Of a stretch of 64,000 bases of DNA, positions 52,602 through 63,904 are shown piece by piece. Source of the stretch: an uncultured Nitrososphaeraceae archaeon (GTDB lineage Archaea; Thermoproteota; Nitrososphaeria; Nitrososphaerales; Nitrososphaeraceae); NCBI GenBank assembly GCA_963779615.1, contig CAVZZA010000004.1, forward strand, positions 64,001 through 128,000, in the 5' to 3' direction. Made by a program: the position numbers and the translations under genes. The first letter of the stretch is position 1, and the number at the start of each line of letters is the position of its first letter. The notes under the pieces were generated by a model. The model was not told where the DNA came from. It saw only the letters and a program-made list of their open reading frames with translations, and searched no databases.

Positions 52602-54344
52602 TTATAAAAAATTGTCATCGAGCAATACCTTATTTCTCGAATAATCCACATTAACGGATATGATGACAGGAGTTTTCTTTGACATCTTAGCTTTTTCCAA
52701 GATTTCTGGGAATTCATTTGTTGATTTGACTGCATAGCCTATAGCGCCAAAGCTGTCTGCTAACTTTACAAAATCTGGATTGTTGAATTCAGTGAAGGCT
52801 TTTTTGCCAAATTCGTCAACTTGTTTCAAGGATATCATGCCATATTCCTTATCGCACCAAACAACAATAATTATAGGTGTTTGTAATCTTACCGCAGTCT
52901 CTATGTCTTGTACATTCATTAAAAACCCCCCATCACCACACATTGCAACAACTTTTTGATTGGGTGTCACAATTTGAGCTGAAATTGCAGCTGGAAGCGC
53001 AAAACCCATTGAGCAAAAGCCGTTGGGGATTATGCATGTATTTGGAACATATGTCTCATAGAGTTTTGCTATCCATAGTTTGTGTACTCCTACATCAGAA
53101 ATCACTATATCATTTTCTCCAAAAGCATTCCTCACATCAAATACTAATTTCTCTGGCTTTATCGGATATGAAAAGTCATTTTTATATTTTTCTGTGTTTC
53201 TCAGGAAAATGTCTTTTTTTATCTTGTCATAAAGGTCAGATGTTACATGATTATTGATATATGATTTACCCTCATTGCCAGTATCGTCATCAAGGGATAT
53301 TGATCCTTTTTTTCCTTTTTCCAGTTCTTCTGTTATGGATTCTATTGTGTAATCGATGTCTGCAGCTATTTCTACAGTTGGGGGATAATATGTGTCAACT
53401 TCTGCAGAAGTAAAGTCAATGTGAATAATCTTTTTATTTAAATCACCATTCCAATTTTTAGGGCTGTATTCCACAAGGTCATACCCAACCGCAATGATTA
53501 GGTCAGCTTTTTTCATTGCCAACAAAACATGATCTGCTTCCTTGATTCCTATTGTCTGTAAATGCCTTTCTGATTTATCCGAAATTACCCCTTTTGCCAT
53601 AAAAGTGTTTATAGAATAGATCCCTGTTTTTTCCACAAATTTTCTTAAACAATGTGATGCATTTCCTCTTATGCACCCATTTCCTACAAGCAACAAGGGC
53701 GTTTTTGCATCCAGTATCAATTCGATGGCTTTTTCTATCATGTCCCTATTGGGCCTAGATCTCGATACTTCTTGTTTGCCTATTGGTTTTATGTTGGAAT
53801 TTATTTTTGCTATATTTTGCGGCAGTTCTAGATGCACCGATCCGCCTTTTTCTTCTATCGCAATTTTAAACGCCCTTCTGATAATTTCAGGGATATTGTC
53901 GGCATTGAGTATTGACCATCTCCACTTTGTTATGGGTTTAAACATGGTCACTGCATCCATATTCTGATGAGATTCTTTATGTAGCGAGTGGGTATTGGTT
54001 TGACCTGTTATTGCCAACAGTGGAGATCTATCCATATTTGCATTTGCCACCCCCGTGGTCAAATTGGTGGCTCCAGGCCCTAGAGTGGACAGGCATACTC
54101 CAACTTTTTGTGTTAGTCTTCCGTACATATCTGCCATAAAAGCAGCTGCCTGCTCGTGCCTTACCAAAACAAATCGAATACTCTTTGAACCTGACAGTGA
54201 TATCATAAGATCTGCATTCTCTTCACCGGGTAAACCAAAAATGTATTCCACGCCTTCAGCTTCCAAGCATTTTATAAATAGGTCAGCTGCCTTCATTTCA
54301 TCATTAGCCTTGATGTTATCTGGGCGGTTTTGAGAAATAGACAT
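52602..54344 (-). CDS. ilvB: Acetolactate synthase large-subunit family (ThDP enzyme)
   Basis: FGLPGEEN, VRHEQAAAFMA, TLGPGATN, SMGFALP, GDGGFLM. Confidence 0.9.
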   Translation of the reverse strand: MSISQNRPDNIKANDEMKAADLFIKCLEAEGVEYIFGLPGEENADLMISLSGSKSIRFVLVRHEQAAAFMADMYGRLTQKVGVCLSTLGPGATNLTTGVANANMDRSPLLAITGQTNTHSLHKESHQNMDAVTMFKPITKWRWSILNADNIPEIIRRAFKIAIEEKGGSVHLELPQNIAKINSNIKPIGKQEVSRSRPNRDMIEKAIELILDAKTPLLLVGNGCIRGNASHCLRKFVEKTGIYSINTFMAKGVISDKSERHLQTIGIKEADHVLLAMKKADLIIAVGYDLVEYSPKNWNGDLNKKIIHIDFTSAEVDTYYPPTVEIAADIDYTIESITEELEKGKKGSISLDDDTGNEGKSYINNHVTSDLYDKIKKDIFLRNTEKYKNDFSYPIKPEKLVFDVRNAFGENDIVISDVGVHKLWIAKLYETYVPNTCIIPNGFCSMGFALPAAISAQIVTPNQKVVAMCGDGGFLMNVQDIETAVRLQTPIIIVVWCDKEYGMISLKQVDEFGKKAFTEFNNPDFVKLADSFGAIGYAVKSTNEFPEILEKAKMSKKTPVIISVNVDYSRNKVLLDDNFL

Positions 54345-55147
54345 TTAAGTTTACTTGATTGCTGGATTAACATATTGATTTCCCTAGGTGTGAGGACTAC
54401 TATTAACCCTACTGCAATGTAGAGACATTGACCAAAAAAATAAGGAAAAGGTAGTGAATTGCAAAACCTTCATTTACTACTAAAAGGGGATGGTTAAAGA
54501 AATAGGTTCCCCTTAATTCTTGATTTGTCTTAAGCTGCATTAATTCCAGTAACTATACTTTTTTTTGCGTCCCCTGAAAAGAAATTGTTCTCTTACCTGC
54601 TGCAGTTGATTAGTCTTTGGCTAAAATCCATTAAAAAAAAGAGTTCCTATCCGTCACAATGATATTGCGGTTGTCTTGATAAGCGAGCATATAGGTCAGA
54701 AACTATCATTATAAACTTTCCTAAAACTGACTATTTTTAGCTTATTTGAGATATTGACAAGTATGGATAACTCTGGATAAAGTTGTTGAATAGGTGTTTT
54801 ATATGTCTCTGATTAAGCATTTAAAGGTTAATCCTGTAAATGATAAACTAAGGTATTGTAAATCCAAATTTGAAGATATTCCTGAATTAACTTTATAAAA
54901 AGAGGGGTAAAATGAACTGCTGTATATAATTAGGTTCTTCACGGAAGAAAAGCGAAACTTTTCTGCACATGCGTCAAGAGTAGGAATAACAGTTTTCCTA
55001 AAGTTGAGAATTGGTAAAAAAAGAGGAAGTTCCAAATATTCTTGAATTTCTTACGCCAATGGGGTAATCGATATATTTTAAATTAATGTAGATATAATTA
55101 TAATTATAAAGTACACCTGTAAAACTAAAAAGGAACAAGGCTAAATT

Positions 55148-56098
55148 ATGATACAGAAGTATGACTTACAGGGGCTTCTACGAAAAAGAGCCTTAACAAT
55201 AGTAATAGCTATATCTATTTTCTATATATTTCTGGCAGTGCTTTCAGATGTTAATCTATTAGTTCAATATTTTCATAAAGTAAATATCAATTTTTTATTT
55301 TTAATACTTTTGTCATTTACAGCATCGATTTTTTTTAGAAGCCTTCGACAAGGCGTAATTCTAAAAAACCTACACATCGCTCCAAGCTTCAAAGACAATT
55401 TTGTATTGTATCTTTCTGGGCTTTCAATGAGTATCACTCCATTGAGTGTTGGACAAATGATTAAGTCTCATTACCTGCTGAAGTATTACCATCAGCCAAT
55501 ATCAAAGACTTTGCCAATAGTTATAATTGAGCGGTATCATGACGTTCTTGCCATTTTGTCTTTTTCGATGTTATTTGTTATGGTTGAGAATATTCCAATG
55601 CTAAAAATCCCAATTTTTTCAATTGTTGTCGTATTTGCAGCATTAACCTTGGTAACAAGATCGTCAAGGTTAATCAGGTCATTTGAAAGGTTGATAAATA
55701 AAATTAGCCTTTTGAAAAAATTCCAAAACAAACCATCTGATTTCAGTACAACACTGTTTTCAATATATCAGGGGAAGGTTTTTTTTTCTTGTTGGATTAT
55801 AAGCATGATAGCATGGTTTTTTGAGGCGGTTGGTATTTTTTTATGTTTTGAGGCTCTAAATTTAAAGTTCAGTTTTGGTTTTACCGCCGCATTTGGTTTT
55901 TCTTCGATTATTTTTGGGGCAATCTCCCTGCTCCCGGCAGGTATAGGGGTGACAGAAGTTAGCTTCGTACACCTTTTGTCATATTATGGAATCGAGTTTT
56001 CTACATCCACCGCATTAATCTTGTTGATTCGATTATCTAGTCTGTGGTATAGTACCTTTATAGGTATTGTAGCAACGAGATTAATAGCAAGAAAATGA
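55148..56098 (+). CDS. UPF0104 / LPG-synthase-TM flippase-like membrane protein
   Basis: Multi-TM; ITPLSVGQMIK, IERYHD, LPAGIGVTE. Confidence 0.85.
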   Translation: MIQKYDLQGLLRKRALTIVIAISIFYIFLAVLSDVNLLVQYFHKVNINFLFLILLSFTASIFFRSLRQGVILKNLHIAPSFKDNFVLYLSGLSMSITPLSVGQMIKSHYLLKYYHQPISKTLPIVIIERYHDVLAILSFSMLFVMVENIPMLKIPIFSIVVVFAALTLVTRSSRLIRSFERLINKISLLKKFQNKPSDFSTTLFSIYQGKVFFSCWIISMIAWFFEAVGIFLCFEALNLKFSFGFTAAFGFSSIIFGAISLLPAGIGVTEVSFVHLLSYYGIEFSTSTALILLIRLSSLWYSTFIGIVATRLIARK

Positions 56099-56447
56099 AG
56101 CAAATAAACAATAACTTTAATCAAAACAGCCAAATACAACAAACTCTCGATTACAATAAACTTGATGGTGTTTGTAATACGTTTAAATAAAACAAAATAA
56201 AATAATCGCATAATCTGTCTTTTAGTGTTTGATGGATGTTGTGTGTGATGACGATATTATGACCTTGTGTTTGGAATGGGAGAGTTCGTGAATCTTGAAA
56301 TAAAAAGCTTTAATTGTTATATGATAACGGGTTTTGAGAGAAAACAAAAAGGAAGGTGATGATAGGGTTAAAAAATGAAACAATAATACCGTGACTTCTT
56401 TGTCGAATTTGGGCAAAATTGTGTAATGATCGGATTAATGATAATTG

Positions 56448-58292
56448 TCATTGCAAAGGTAGGTAAAATGAAAAAGTGGATCCTTTCTCATCCTTATTGT
56501 TTTCAGCCCATATGTTGCCTCCGTGTGATTCAACTATGTTTTTGCAAATAAACAATCCTAATCCGGTGCCTTGAAAGGATTTTGTGGCAAATTTTTTAAA
56601 TAGCCTGGAGGATATCTCTTCATCAATACCGATACCAGTATCTTTTATTTTGACGACAACCACATCTTTGTCATCAATTCTTCCCTTTTTAATTTCTACT
56701 GATATCGTTCCATCCTTTTTGATAAACTTTACGGAGTTATCTATAATGTTAGAAATTACTTGGGATATTCTGGTTTTATCTGCATTTATCATAATCGGAC
56801 CTTCATTACTGTTACTAACATTGTATTCAAACATTATTTTCTTTTTGCTGGCAAGGTTGTTTTGAAATTCTGTGATAACATTAAGCATTAATTGATTAAA
56901 ATCGAATTTTTCTTTCTTTAGGGTTAACGAATTGCTTTCAATTTTCGAGACATCCAAAAGGTCTTCTGCCAAGTTTTTCAATTTCTTTGTATTTTTGATT
57001 ATTATGTCAAGTAATTCCTTTTGTTCTTTATCATTTGTTTTGTTTTTGACAACTTCTGTTAGGCCCATTATAGGCTGTATTGGAGTTCTCAACTCATGGG
57101 CTGCTATGTTTATGAATTCTTTTTGCATATTGTCATGAACCTTAAGTTGCTCGTTAGCCGTTTCGAGTTTCATATTGGTTAATGAGATGTGCTTGTTCGA
57201 TTCTTCCAATTCTTTAGTTCTTGTTTTCACCTCCTTGTCCAAAATACTGTTCCACCTGATTAAAAAAATGGTTAGCATCATGATTGCGGCGGTAATTCCA
57301 GCAACAAGTGAAAACATCTCTAATCTTTCTATCGATATAACATCATTGATTTTTGAATAAATAACAGATGTTGGGGTTATTACAAAGAGATAATACGCTG
57401 AATTTCCATCCAACTGTATAGGGTAGCCGGTGTTAAAACGTTCCTGGTTTTTAAATACATATGTTGCTAAGGATGGGTTCCCTGTCACTATTATTGTTTT
57501 TAATAGATTGTTGAGTACTTTGTTTTCTCCGGTAATTTTCTGCGATTCATTACCAAAAAAAGGTAACCCTACTAATGAGGGTAGGGGATGAACGACCTGC
57601 ACAGCCTTACTGTCAAGGACTGAAAGATATGATGATTTTAGATCATATATGTTTCCAAAGTGTTTAAAGAATTCAATAGCTGGTATGATAACACCAACAG
57701 ATCCAATAAATCCTTCTTTAGTGTTATTTGCCAGAATTGGGTAAACTAATGCTATCTTAAGTTTGCCATTACTACCGACAAAACTGTCGGAAAATACGGG
57801 AGAAAGGGTATCTTTTGTTTTTTTTATCCATTCTCTGTTTGAAAAATCTTGACCCCTATGGTCTTGCTGTCCTTTTGATATAGAACTCATTTTGGATATT
57901 CCGTTCTTATCAATTAGAAACAGCCTGTCAACAGAGGTAATGTTATTTATTTGATTATAATGGTGTCTTAATATATTATAGGTATTGTTTGATGGGTTGC
58001 CTCCTTCTTGTAAATATTTAGAATAAGACAATGACTGCAGCTTTGCCATTATTAGGTTTAAATCAGACTTTATATTTTCAGCAATAGCTTTGGTAGTTCT
58101 TATTTGATTATCTTGTTGAAGTTCAAATATGCTGTCTCTTATCTGTTTTTCCGTTTCTTGTTGAAAGTGAAAGAATAATCCGAATGAAACAGTGATAATG
58201 GTGAGAGCGGAAATAATGGCAGTTTTTTTTACGGTCAACTTTTGGTTGCCATTTTTTTCTTTTTTGAATATTTTTTTTAGCCTATGAACCAA
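56448..58292 (-). CDS. Sensor histidine kinase (TM-Cache-TM-HisKA-HATPase)
   Basis: AAHELRTPIQP, NIIDNSVKF, DTGIGI, GTGLGLFI. Confidence 0.95.
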   Translation of the reverse strand: MVHRLKKIFKKEKNGNQKLTVKKTAIISALTIITVSFGLFFHFQQETEKQIRDSIFELQQDNQIRTTKAIAENIKSDLNLIMAKLQSLSYSKYLQEGGNPSNNTYNILRHHYNQINNITSVDRLFLIDKNGISKMSSISKGQQDHRGQDFSNREWIKKTKDTLSPVFSDSFVGSNGKLKIALVYPILANNTKEGFIGSVGVIIPAIEFFKHFGNIYDLKSSYLSVLDSKAVQVVHPLPSLVGLPFFGNESQKITGENKVLNNLLKTIIVTGNPSLATYVFKNQERFNTGYPIQLDGNSAYYLFVITPTSVIYSKINDVISIERLEMFSLVAGITAAIMMLTIFLIRWNSILDKEVKTRTKELEESNKHISLTNMKLETANEQLKVHDNMQKEFINIAAHELRTPIQPIMGLTEVVKNKTNDKEQKELLDIIIKNTKKLKNLAEDLLDVSKIESNSLTLKKEKFDFNQLMLNVITEFQNNLASKKKIMFEYNVSNSNEGPIMINADKTRISQVISNIIDNSVKFIKKDGTISVEIKKGRIDDKDVVVVKIKDTGIGIDEEISSRLFKKFATKSFQGTGLGLFICKNIVESHGGNIWAENNKDEKGSTFSFYLPLQ

Positions 58293-58696
58293 ATTTTATC
58301 ACAACCATAAACAATCAACCAATACTATTCGATAAGATTATCCAAATAAAAATATTCAGTAAAAATTTTTTTATTAAAGAATTTAATTCCATTATTTTTG
58401 TGTTCTGTTTATTATGGTTAGATTCTCGGTTTTGGTGTTGGCAATGGCTTTTACGCATATGACAGCACAATCAATTCTTATCAATCCACAAAATTGTATT
58501 CACCCAACAAGTCACACGTGTCACTGAATACTTGATTTACATATAAATACCTTAACTACTCCATATGCGCATCATAATACAGAGAAAAAATCAAGGTCAG
58601 ATTATTTATATATATATTATCGATAGGATTCATCCTATTTTTCAGTTCTACATATAATTTAAGTGATTTATACTTTGTTTACTTTTTTTCTATAGT

Positions 58697-59509
58697 ATGT
58701 TTGAAAGTGATGGCGAAAATAATGATAAAGGAAGGGTCGTCGTTGTTACAGGTTCAGGTAAAGGCATAGGAAAGGCTATTGCCAAAGAATTTGCCAAAAA
58801 TGGTTATTCAGTTATCTTGAATGCAAGAGACCAAGGTGAGCTAAACCAAACAACAAAGGAAATTTCAATAGAAATGGGTGGAGACGAAAGTAGGATTGCT
58901 TCTATACGAGGTGATATTTCACAAGAGCAAGTCTGTAAATCGTTGATAGATGAGGCGATAAACAGATTTGGCAGAGTTGATGTGTTGGTCAACAATGCTG
59001 GAATAGGTGGTTCATCCAAGAAAATAAGCGACCTAACTGAAAACGATTGGAATGAGGTTATTGATGTAAATCTGAAGGGTGCATTTCTTTGCACAAGAGA
59101 AGCGTTAAAGCACATGTTAAAAAATAGTGTGGGGAATGATAACAGTAATACTAATTTCTCAATTATAAATATTTCATCAGTGCATGAGTCTATACCTTCA
59201 CCAGAATCTGCTCCCTATGCCGCATCAAAAGGGGGAATGGCGATGTTGACTAAAACTGTAGCCTTGGAGGTTGCTGACAAGGGGATACGTGTCAACGGGA
59301 TTGCACCGGGTGCTATAGCCACTGAAATGAATAAAGATATACTTGAGAGCGAGGAAAAGAAAAATCAAGAAGAGCAGAATATACCAATGCATAGGATCGG
59401 AAAGCCTGAAGAAATAGGAAAGGTTGCATTGTTTTTGGCTTCTTCAAATGCAAGCTACATAACTGGAACAACCATATATGCGGATGGGGGATTAACTTTG
59501 ACTTCATGA
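58697..59509 (+). CDS. SDR oxidoreductase, glucose 1-dehydrogenase-like
   Basis: TGSGKGIG, NNAG, SSVHE, YAASKGG. Confidence 0.92.
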   Translation: MFESDGENNDKGRVVVVTGSGKGIGKAIAKEFAKNGYSVILNARDQGELNQTTKEISIEMGGDESRIASIRGDISQEQVCKSLIDEAINRFGRVDVLVNNAGIGGSSKKISDLTENDWNEVIDVNLKGAFLCTREALKHMLKNSVGNDNSNTNFSIINISSVHESIPSPESAPYAASKGGMAMLTKTVALEVADKGIRVNGIAPGAIATEMNKDILESEEKKNQEEQNIPMHRIGKPEEIGKVALFLASSNASYITGTTIYADGGLTLTS

Positions 59510-59570
59510 CCTTATTTTCACACAAAAATAACAGGTGCATTAAAATATCCTGGTCCTGGACCAATTGCCG

Positions 59571-60401
59571 CTAATCAATTTCAAAATTTGAAGCATCTAT
59601 CTTGGGATCGGGATACTTAAGTTTCATATTTTCCATAGTTTGGACAATTATTTGGGCAATTGCCCAATTTCTAAAGGATTTTACATTGGCAGGGATTACA
59701 TACCATGGCGCCCATTCAGTACTACACAGTCTCAATACCTCCTCGTATGCTTTCGCATAATTGTCCCAATATTTGTGGTTAACAAAATCACTTTCGGATA
59801 ATTTCCAGCGTTTGGATGGATTTTCTAATCTCTCTTGCAACCTTTTTTTCTGCTCGTTTTTGCTAATGTGCAAAAAAAACTTTAGAATTGTTATGCTGTT
59901 TTCTGACAAATATCTTTCAAAATCATTGATTTGCCTGAACCTTAAACTTGTGTCTTCCTTGGAGTCTTTATAATTAACAAGAACGTTTATCACATCCTCA
60001 TAATGCGAGCGGTTAAAAATAGCTATTTGACCCTTCTGGGGAACCGCAATATGAACACGCCAAAGATAATCATGTGCAGTCTCTTCCGTGTTAGGAAATT
60101 TAAATGGCCTTACATAGCAACTTTGGGGGTTTAATGCACCCATAACCCTGCGAATGGTTCCATCCTTACCTGATGCATCAACCCCTTGGAGTATTATCAA
60201 AATAGATTTGCTACTGTCTGCAAAAAGCTTGTACTGCAGTTCGGACATTTTGGATGAAAGTTTGGCCAATTCACACTCCATGTCTTTTTTACTTTTGTCA
60301 CCAGTGTAGTCAGGGTCCCAATCCTTTAGTTTTAGCATTCGTGTTGATTCTTGGCCGGGCTTTATCAGTAGATTCTTATCCAAATCCATGATATTTAACA
60401 A
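59571..60401 (-). CDS. ppk2: Polyphosphate kinase 2 family (class III-like)
   Basis: QGVDASGKDGTI, HDYLWR, FNRSHYEDV, APWYVIPA. Confidence 0.92.
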   Translation of the reverse strand: MLNIMDLDKNLLIKPGQESTRMLKLKDWDPDYTGDKSKKDMECELAKLSSKMSELQYKLFADSSKSILIILQGVDASGKDGTIRRVMGALNPQSCYVRPFKFPNTEETAHDYLWRVHIAVPQKGQIAIFNRSHYEDVINVLVNYKDSKEDTSLRFRQINDFERYLSENSITILKFFLHISKNEQKKRLQERLENPSKRWKLSESDFVNHKYWDNYAKAYEEVLRLCSTEWAPWYVIPANVKSFRNWAIAQIIVQTMENMKLKYPDPKIDASNFEID

Positions 60402-60643
60402 TCCACATCAGGAATTAAATCAATATCATTATTGACATGGACATTTAAATGACTGCAGAGAAAACATAATTTTGAACCTCAAATAAATTTAGAATTTGTT
60501 TTTCGAGGGTTTTTCTTCAGATGGTTGCAAAATAAGCTTTTCATTACCTTGCTTTCTCAAAAAAATTTAAGTTAGTCTGATTTCCAGTGGGAACAACAAA
60601 ACATTTTATTTTGCCACTTTTAGAGTTGTAGGAGTAGTGAAAT

Positions 60644-60874
60644 TTATTTCTCCTTTGTTTTAATTCTATCCTTAATTAAAAATACCATGCCTTCAACATC
60701 ATTGGGGTTCATGTATAGCTCCCCTCTTGACGATTCTTTGATTCCCACTATGGGTTCTCCACACTCCGGGCAGATTTGATAATATACAAATAAACTGGTG
60801 TTTCTTTTATTTTTTCCAATAAGGGAGTTGTTCATATTTGGATTTAATGGTATTTGACATGTTGGACATTTCAT
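60644..60874 (-). CDS. Small Zn-finger protein
   Basis: MKCPTC...ICPECGEP. Confidence 0.78.
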   Translation of the reverse strand: MKCPTCQIPLNPNMNNSLIGKNKRNTSLFVYYQICPECGEPIVGIKESSRGELYMNPNDVEGMVFLIKDRIKTKEK

Positions 60875-60991
60875 GTTATTTTACATCGCTTTATCAATTT
60901 ATAAGTGCTTTAAGACAACAATAACAAATTTTTTAACAGTTTTGAATCTAGACAAAAAAGATACCCATCTGTAAAATAATAACGGTTTAGA

Positions 60992-62167
60992 TTGTTTCTT
61001 GAAAAATTTGGGAATGGTGCCGAAAAATTAGTTGTTATTTATAACATATATTTTTACAGTACTGATATCATGGAAGTGATAGAAACAGACCGGGATAGAG
61101 AAGACAATGACAACATTTTGGATGATAAGCGAAATAAAGATAATATTGCAGAAGCAGATGGCGATATTTTTGATGTTGCAATAATAGGTGGAGGCTTTGC
61201 GGGCTTATCTGCCGCATTACTACTAGGGAGGTACCTTAGACCAACCATTATTTTCGATGTCAAGAAACATAAAAAGGGCCAAATGCATGGTTATTTAGGA
61301 TTTGAAAAATCCCAGAGAGAAGAGGTAATTCAAAAATCATGGAAGGATGTTCTTCAATACAGTTCCGTAAAAAAAATAGATGGTGAAGTAGAAATAGTGG
61401 AAAGGGATTTTCAAAGCAAACTATTTTCGATAACAACTAAAAAGACAACGAACGATGGTCAGCATCAAGGCAATCCACAAAAAAGAAAGGCAAAATCAAG
61501 ATATTTAATCATTGCAACGGGGATACATCATCAAAAGCCAAGTATAAGGAATTTTGAAGAGTATTATGGTAATGGAATATGGCACTGTCCGCATTGTGAC
61601 GGATTTGAGGCCACTAATAAAAAACTTGTAATCATTGCATCAAATAATATCATCGATGAATCTTTGGATTATGCCAAGTTATTTCTAGGATGGACAAAAG
61701 ACATTACATTGTTCTTACAGCGACTAGAACCTAAAGAAAACGATGATGAGGAAAGAGATGTTAAAAGAATCTCTCACATATATGATAAACAAAGAAACGA
61801 GGCAAAGACACTGGAGTTTAATGTCATTGAAAACGACTATGTAGTAGAAGTTATTGGTGATTCAAAGACAAACAGTATAAAAGGGGTAATTACAAAAAGG
61901 AATGAATTTTATGAAGCTGACGTTTTATTCTATCATTTTGACAAGGTTGTTCGTAACGAAATAGCAATTCAATTGGGATGCGAACTTGATACAGGGTATA
62001 TAAAGGTGAATGAAAAACAACAAACTTCAATTCCAAATGCTTATGCAGCTGGTGACATAGATACAGACAGACATTATGCAGTATTGGCTGCTGCAAGCGG
62101 TTCGTTGGCTGCAATAACTATTTATGAAGAATTATTAAAAGATGCAATCAAGTCAAAAAAGCAATAA
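60992..62167 (+). CDS. Thioredoxin-reductase-like FAD oxidoreductase (start probably ATG 61070)
   Basis: IIGGGFAGLS, IATG, CPHCDG, TSIPNAYAAGD. Confidence 0.9.
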   Translation: MFLEKFGNGAEKLVVIYNIYFYSTDIMEVIETDRDREDNDNILDDKRNKDNIAEADGDIFDVAIIGGGFAGLSAALLLGRYLRPTIIFDVKKHKKGQMHGYLGFEKSQREEVIQKSWKDVLQYSSVKKIDGEVEIVERDFQSKLFSITTKKTTNDGQHQGNPQKRKAKSRYLIIATGIHHQKPSIRNFEEYYGNGIWHCPHCDGFEATNKKLVIIASNNIIDESLDYAKLFLGWTKDITLFLQRLEPKENDDEERDVKRISHIYDKQRNEAKTLEFNVIENDYVVEVIGDSKTNSIKGVITKRNEFYEADVLFYHFDKVVRNEIAIQLGCELDTGYIKVNEKQQTSIPNAYAAGDIDTDRHYAVLAAASGSLAAITIYEELLKDAIKSKKQ

Positions 62168-62552
62168 GCCAAATTTAATACCTAAATCTACTAAGGCAGC
62201 GGCAAAAACATATAATTATAACCATGATTCCAATATTGTTTAGCTTTAGTATGTTATGATGTCTATAGGTTGTTTTATTTAGAGACCTATATTATTCCAA
62301 TGAAAAAAACATGTAGATAATGGTCCGTAATTTCTTTATGGCCTTGCTGCTGAACCCATACACATGGGGCACAGAAGTTAAGCAATAGCCCAAGATTGCA
62401 TTCACAGATTTGTTATAACAACTACTTTAAATAACCCTTTTTTATAGAACTATAATTGGAATTCAAATTTAAGGTCCCGCCAAAGAAGTGCATAAAAGAA
62501 ACTGAGAATTGTTGATATAGAATAGTCGGTTAGTCAATAAAAATTAGCTTAT

Positions 62553-63035
62553 TTGCTTATATATTTTATATTTGATTGTTTAAACGGATTGACCAAAAAA
62601 AAGGATGCACCTTTTAATCCCAGTCGTGCTAACAATATTAAGGAAAAATACCGGCCAGAGAGGAATAAAACAGTTATAAGTATACCTTTAACACAACCAG
62701 TAGTCAAAGAAAAAAAAGAAGGCACAGTAAAACAATGGTTGGCAGATAGGCTGAAAGATAAACTTCAAAAATCATCCATATTGTCAATCCAGACCCACAA
62801 GCCAATCATATTGTATAGAATAGGTATTGAGGAAACCGAAAATGCAGTAGAAGAAGAAATCTGCTATTTAACAGGGTTACATGTTGTTCAAATTATATAT
62901 GCCTATGGAGGATTTGTTCCCTCTACTTTTCAAAAAATAGAGGTATTCACTTTGGAAAAATTTACAAAATGGATATTGCAGGAAAGAAAAAAAGATCTGC
63001 TTTTACAATGCGTAGATAGTCTTGAACAAAATTAA
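62553..63035 (+). CDS. Hypothetical protein
   Basis: 160 aa ORF; no motif recognised. Confidence 0.65.
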   Translation: MLIYFIFDCLNGLTKKKDAPFNPSRANNIKEKYRPERNKTVISIPLTQPVVKEKKEGTVKQWLADRLKDKLQKSSILSIQTHKPIILYRIGIEETENAVEEEICYLTGLHVVQIIYAYGGFVPSTFQKIEVFTLEKFTKWILQERKKDLLLQCVDSLEQN

Positions 63036-63367
63036 TAATTTGTATAAACTAAGTATTGGGGATTTGTGCAAATTCGAATCCTGTAATAACCATTATATTC
63101 TCACCTAAAAATTTTTGTTTTGGTGTTCAAATAATCTATTACAATGTGACAGAAAATTGAATTACATGCAAAACTGTACTGAAGTATAATCATCAGTGAA
63201 ATGTTTTGGCATTCATATAATGTTATTGTCAATTTATGACATTGGTGTTAGTTTACATTCATCATTGAAATGATGGTTTATTGTTTCTCTTATTATTTAA
63301 TGTTTTTTATATTAATATATAATAATCTTATAGTCTAAATTAATATAGCTGAAATACTGTAAAATAT

Positions 63368-63904
63368 TTGGATATGAAGATTCTAGTGGCTGAAGATGAT
63401 CCTGATATTGCATTGACTTATGAAAAGGCATTGGAAAGAAAAAACTACAGGACTACAATCACATCGAATGGCGAAGATTGTCTTAAAATATATAATGATG
63501 AAATGCACAAGAGAACTTTAAACCCTGTTTCTAATCATACCTATTATTCTTCTTTATCGAATGACCCGCCTTTTGATATCGTACTTTTAGATTACCTTAT
63601 GCCGCAGATTAACGGGTTAGATGTGGCAAAAGAAATACTCTCCATCAATCCTCATCAGAGAATAATATTTGCCTCTGCCTATGTTAAAGAGACCCTGGAA
63701 GAATCAGTAAAATGTTTAAATAAAATTGTAGAATTGATTCAAAAGCCATTTACCATTGATAAGTTAATAAGTACAATGGAAGATAAAGAGATATTCGCTG
63801 AACTTCAGGAACTTAATGTGGATATAGACATGGTAAAGGCTGTCAACCCAACACATGAACAAATAATGGATTTATTAGAAAAAGTTAGACCACACAATAA
63901 ATAG
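63368..63904 (+). CDS. Response regulator with short helical C-terminal extension
   Basis: VAEDDPD, LLDYLMPQING, FASAY, IQKPF. Confidence 0.92.
   Translation: MDMKILVAEDDPDIALTYEKALERKNYRTTITSNGEDCLKIYNDEMHKRTLNPVSNHTYYSSLSNDPPFDIVLLDYLMPQINGLDVAKEILSINPHQRIIFASAYVKETLEESVKCLNKIVELIQKPFTIDKLISTMEDKEIFAELQELNVDIDMVKAVNPTHEQIMDLLEKVRPHNK

Noticed and set aside
54762-54792. GGATAA repeats resembling DnaA boxes
   Set aside because: Imperfect and only two or three copies; archaea use ORB/Cdc6 and no cdc6 is nearby.
63073-63082. TTCGAATCC as another att copy
   Set aside because: Only 9 bp, and the flank does not match the tRNA-Ser flank.
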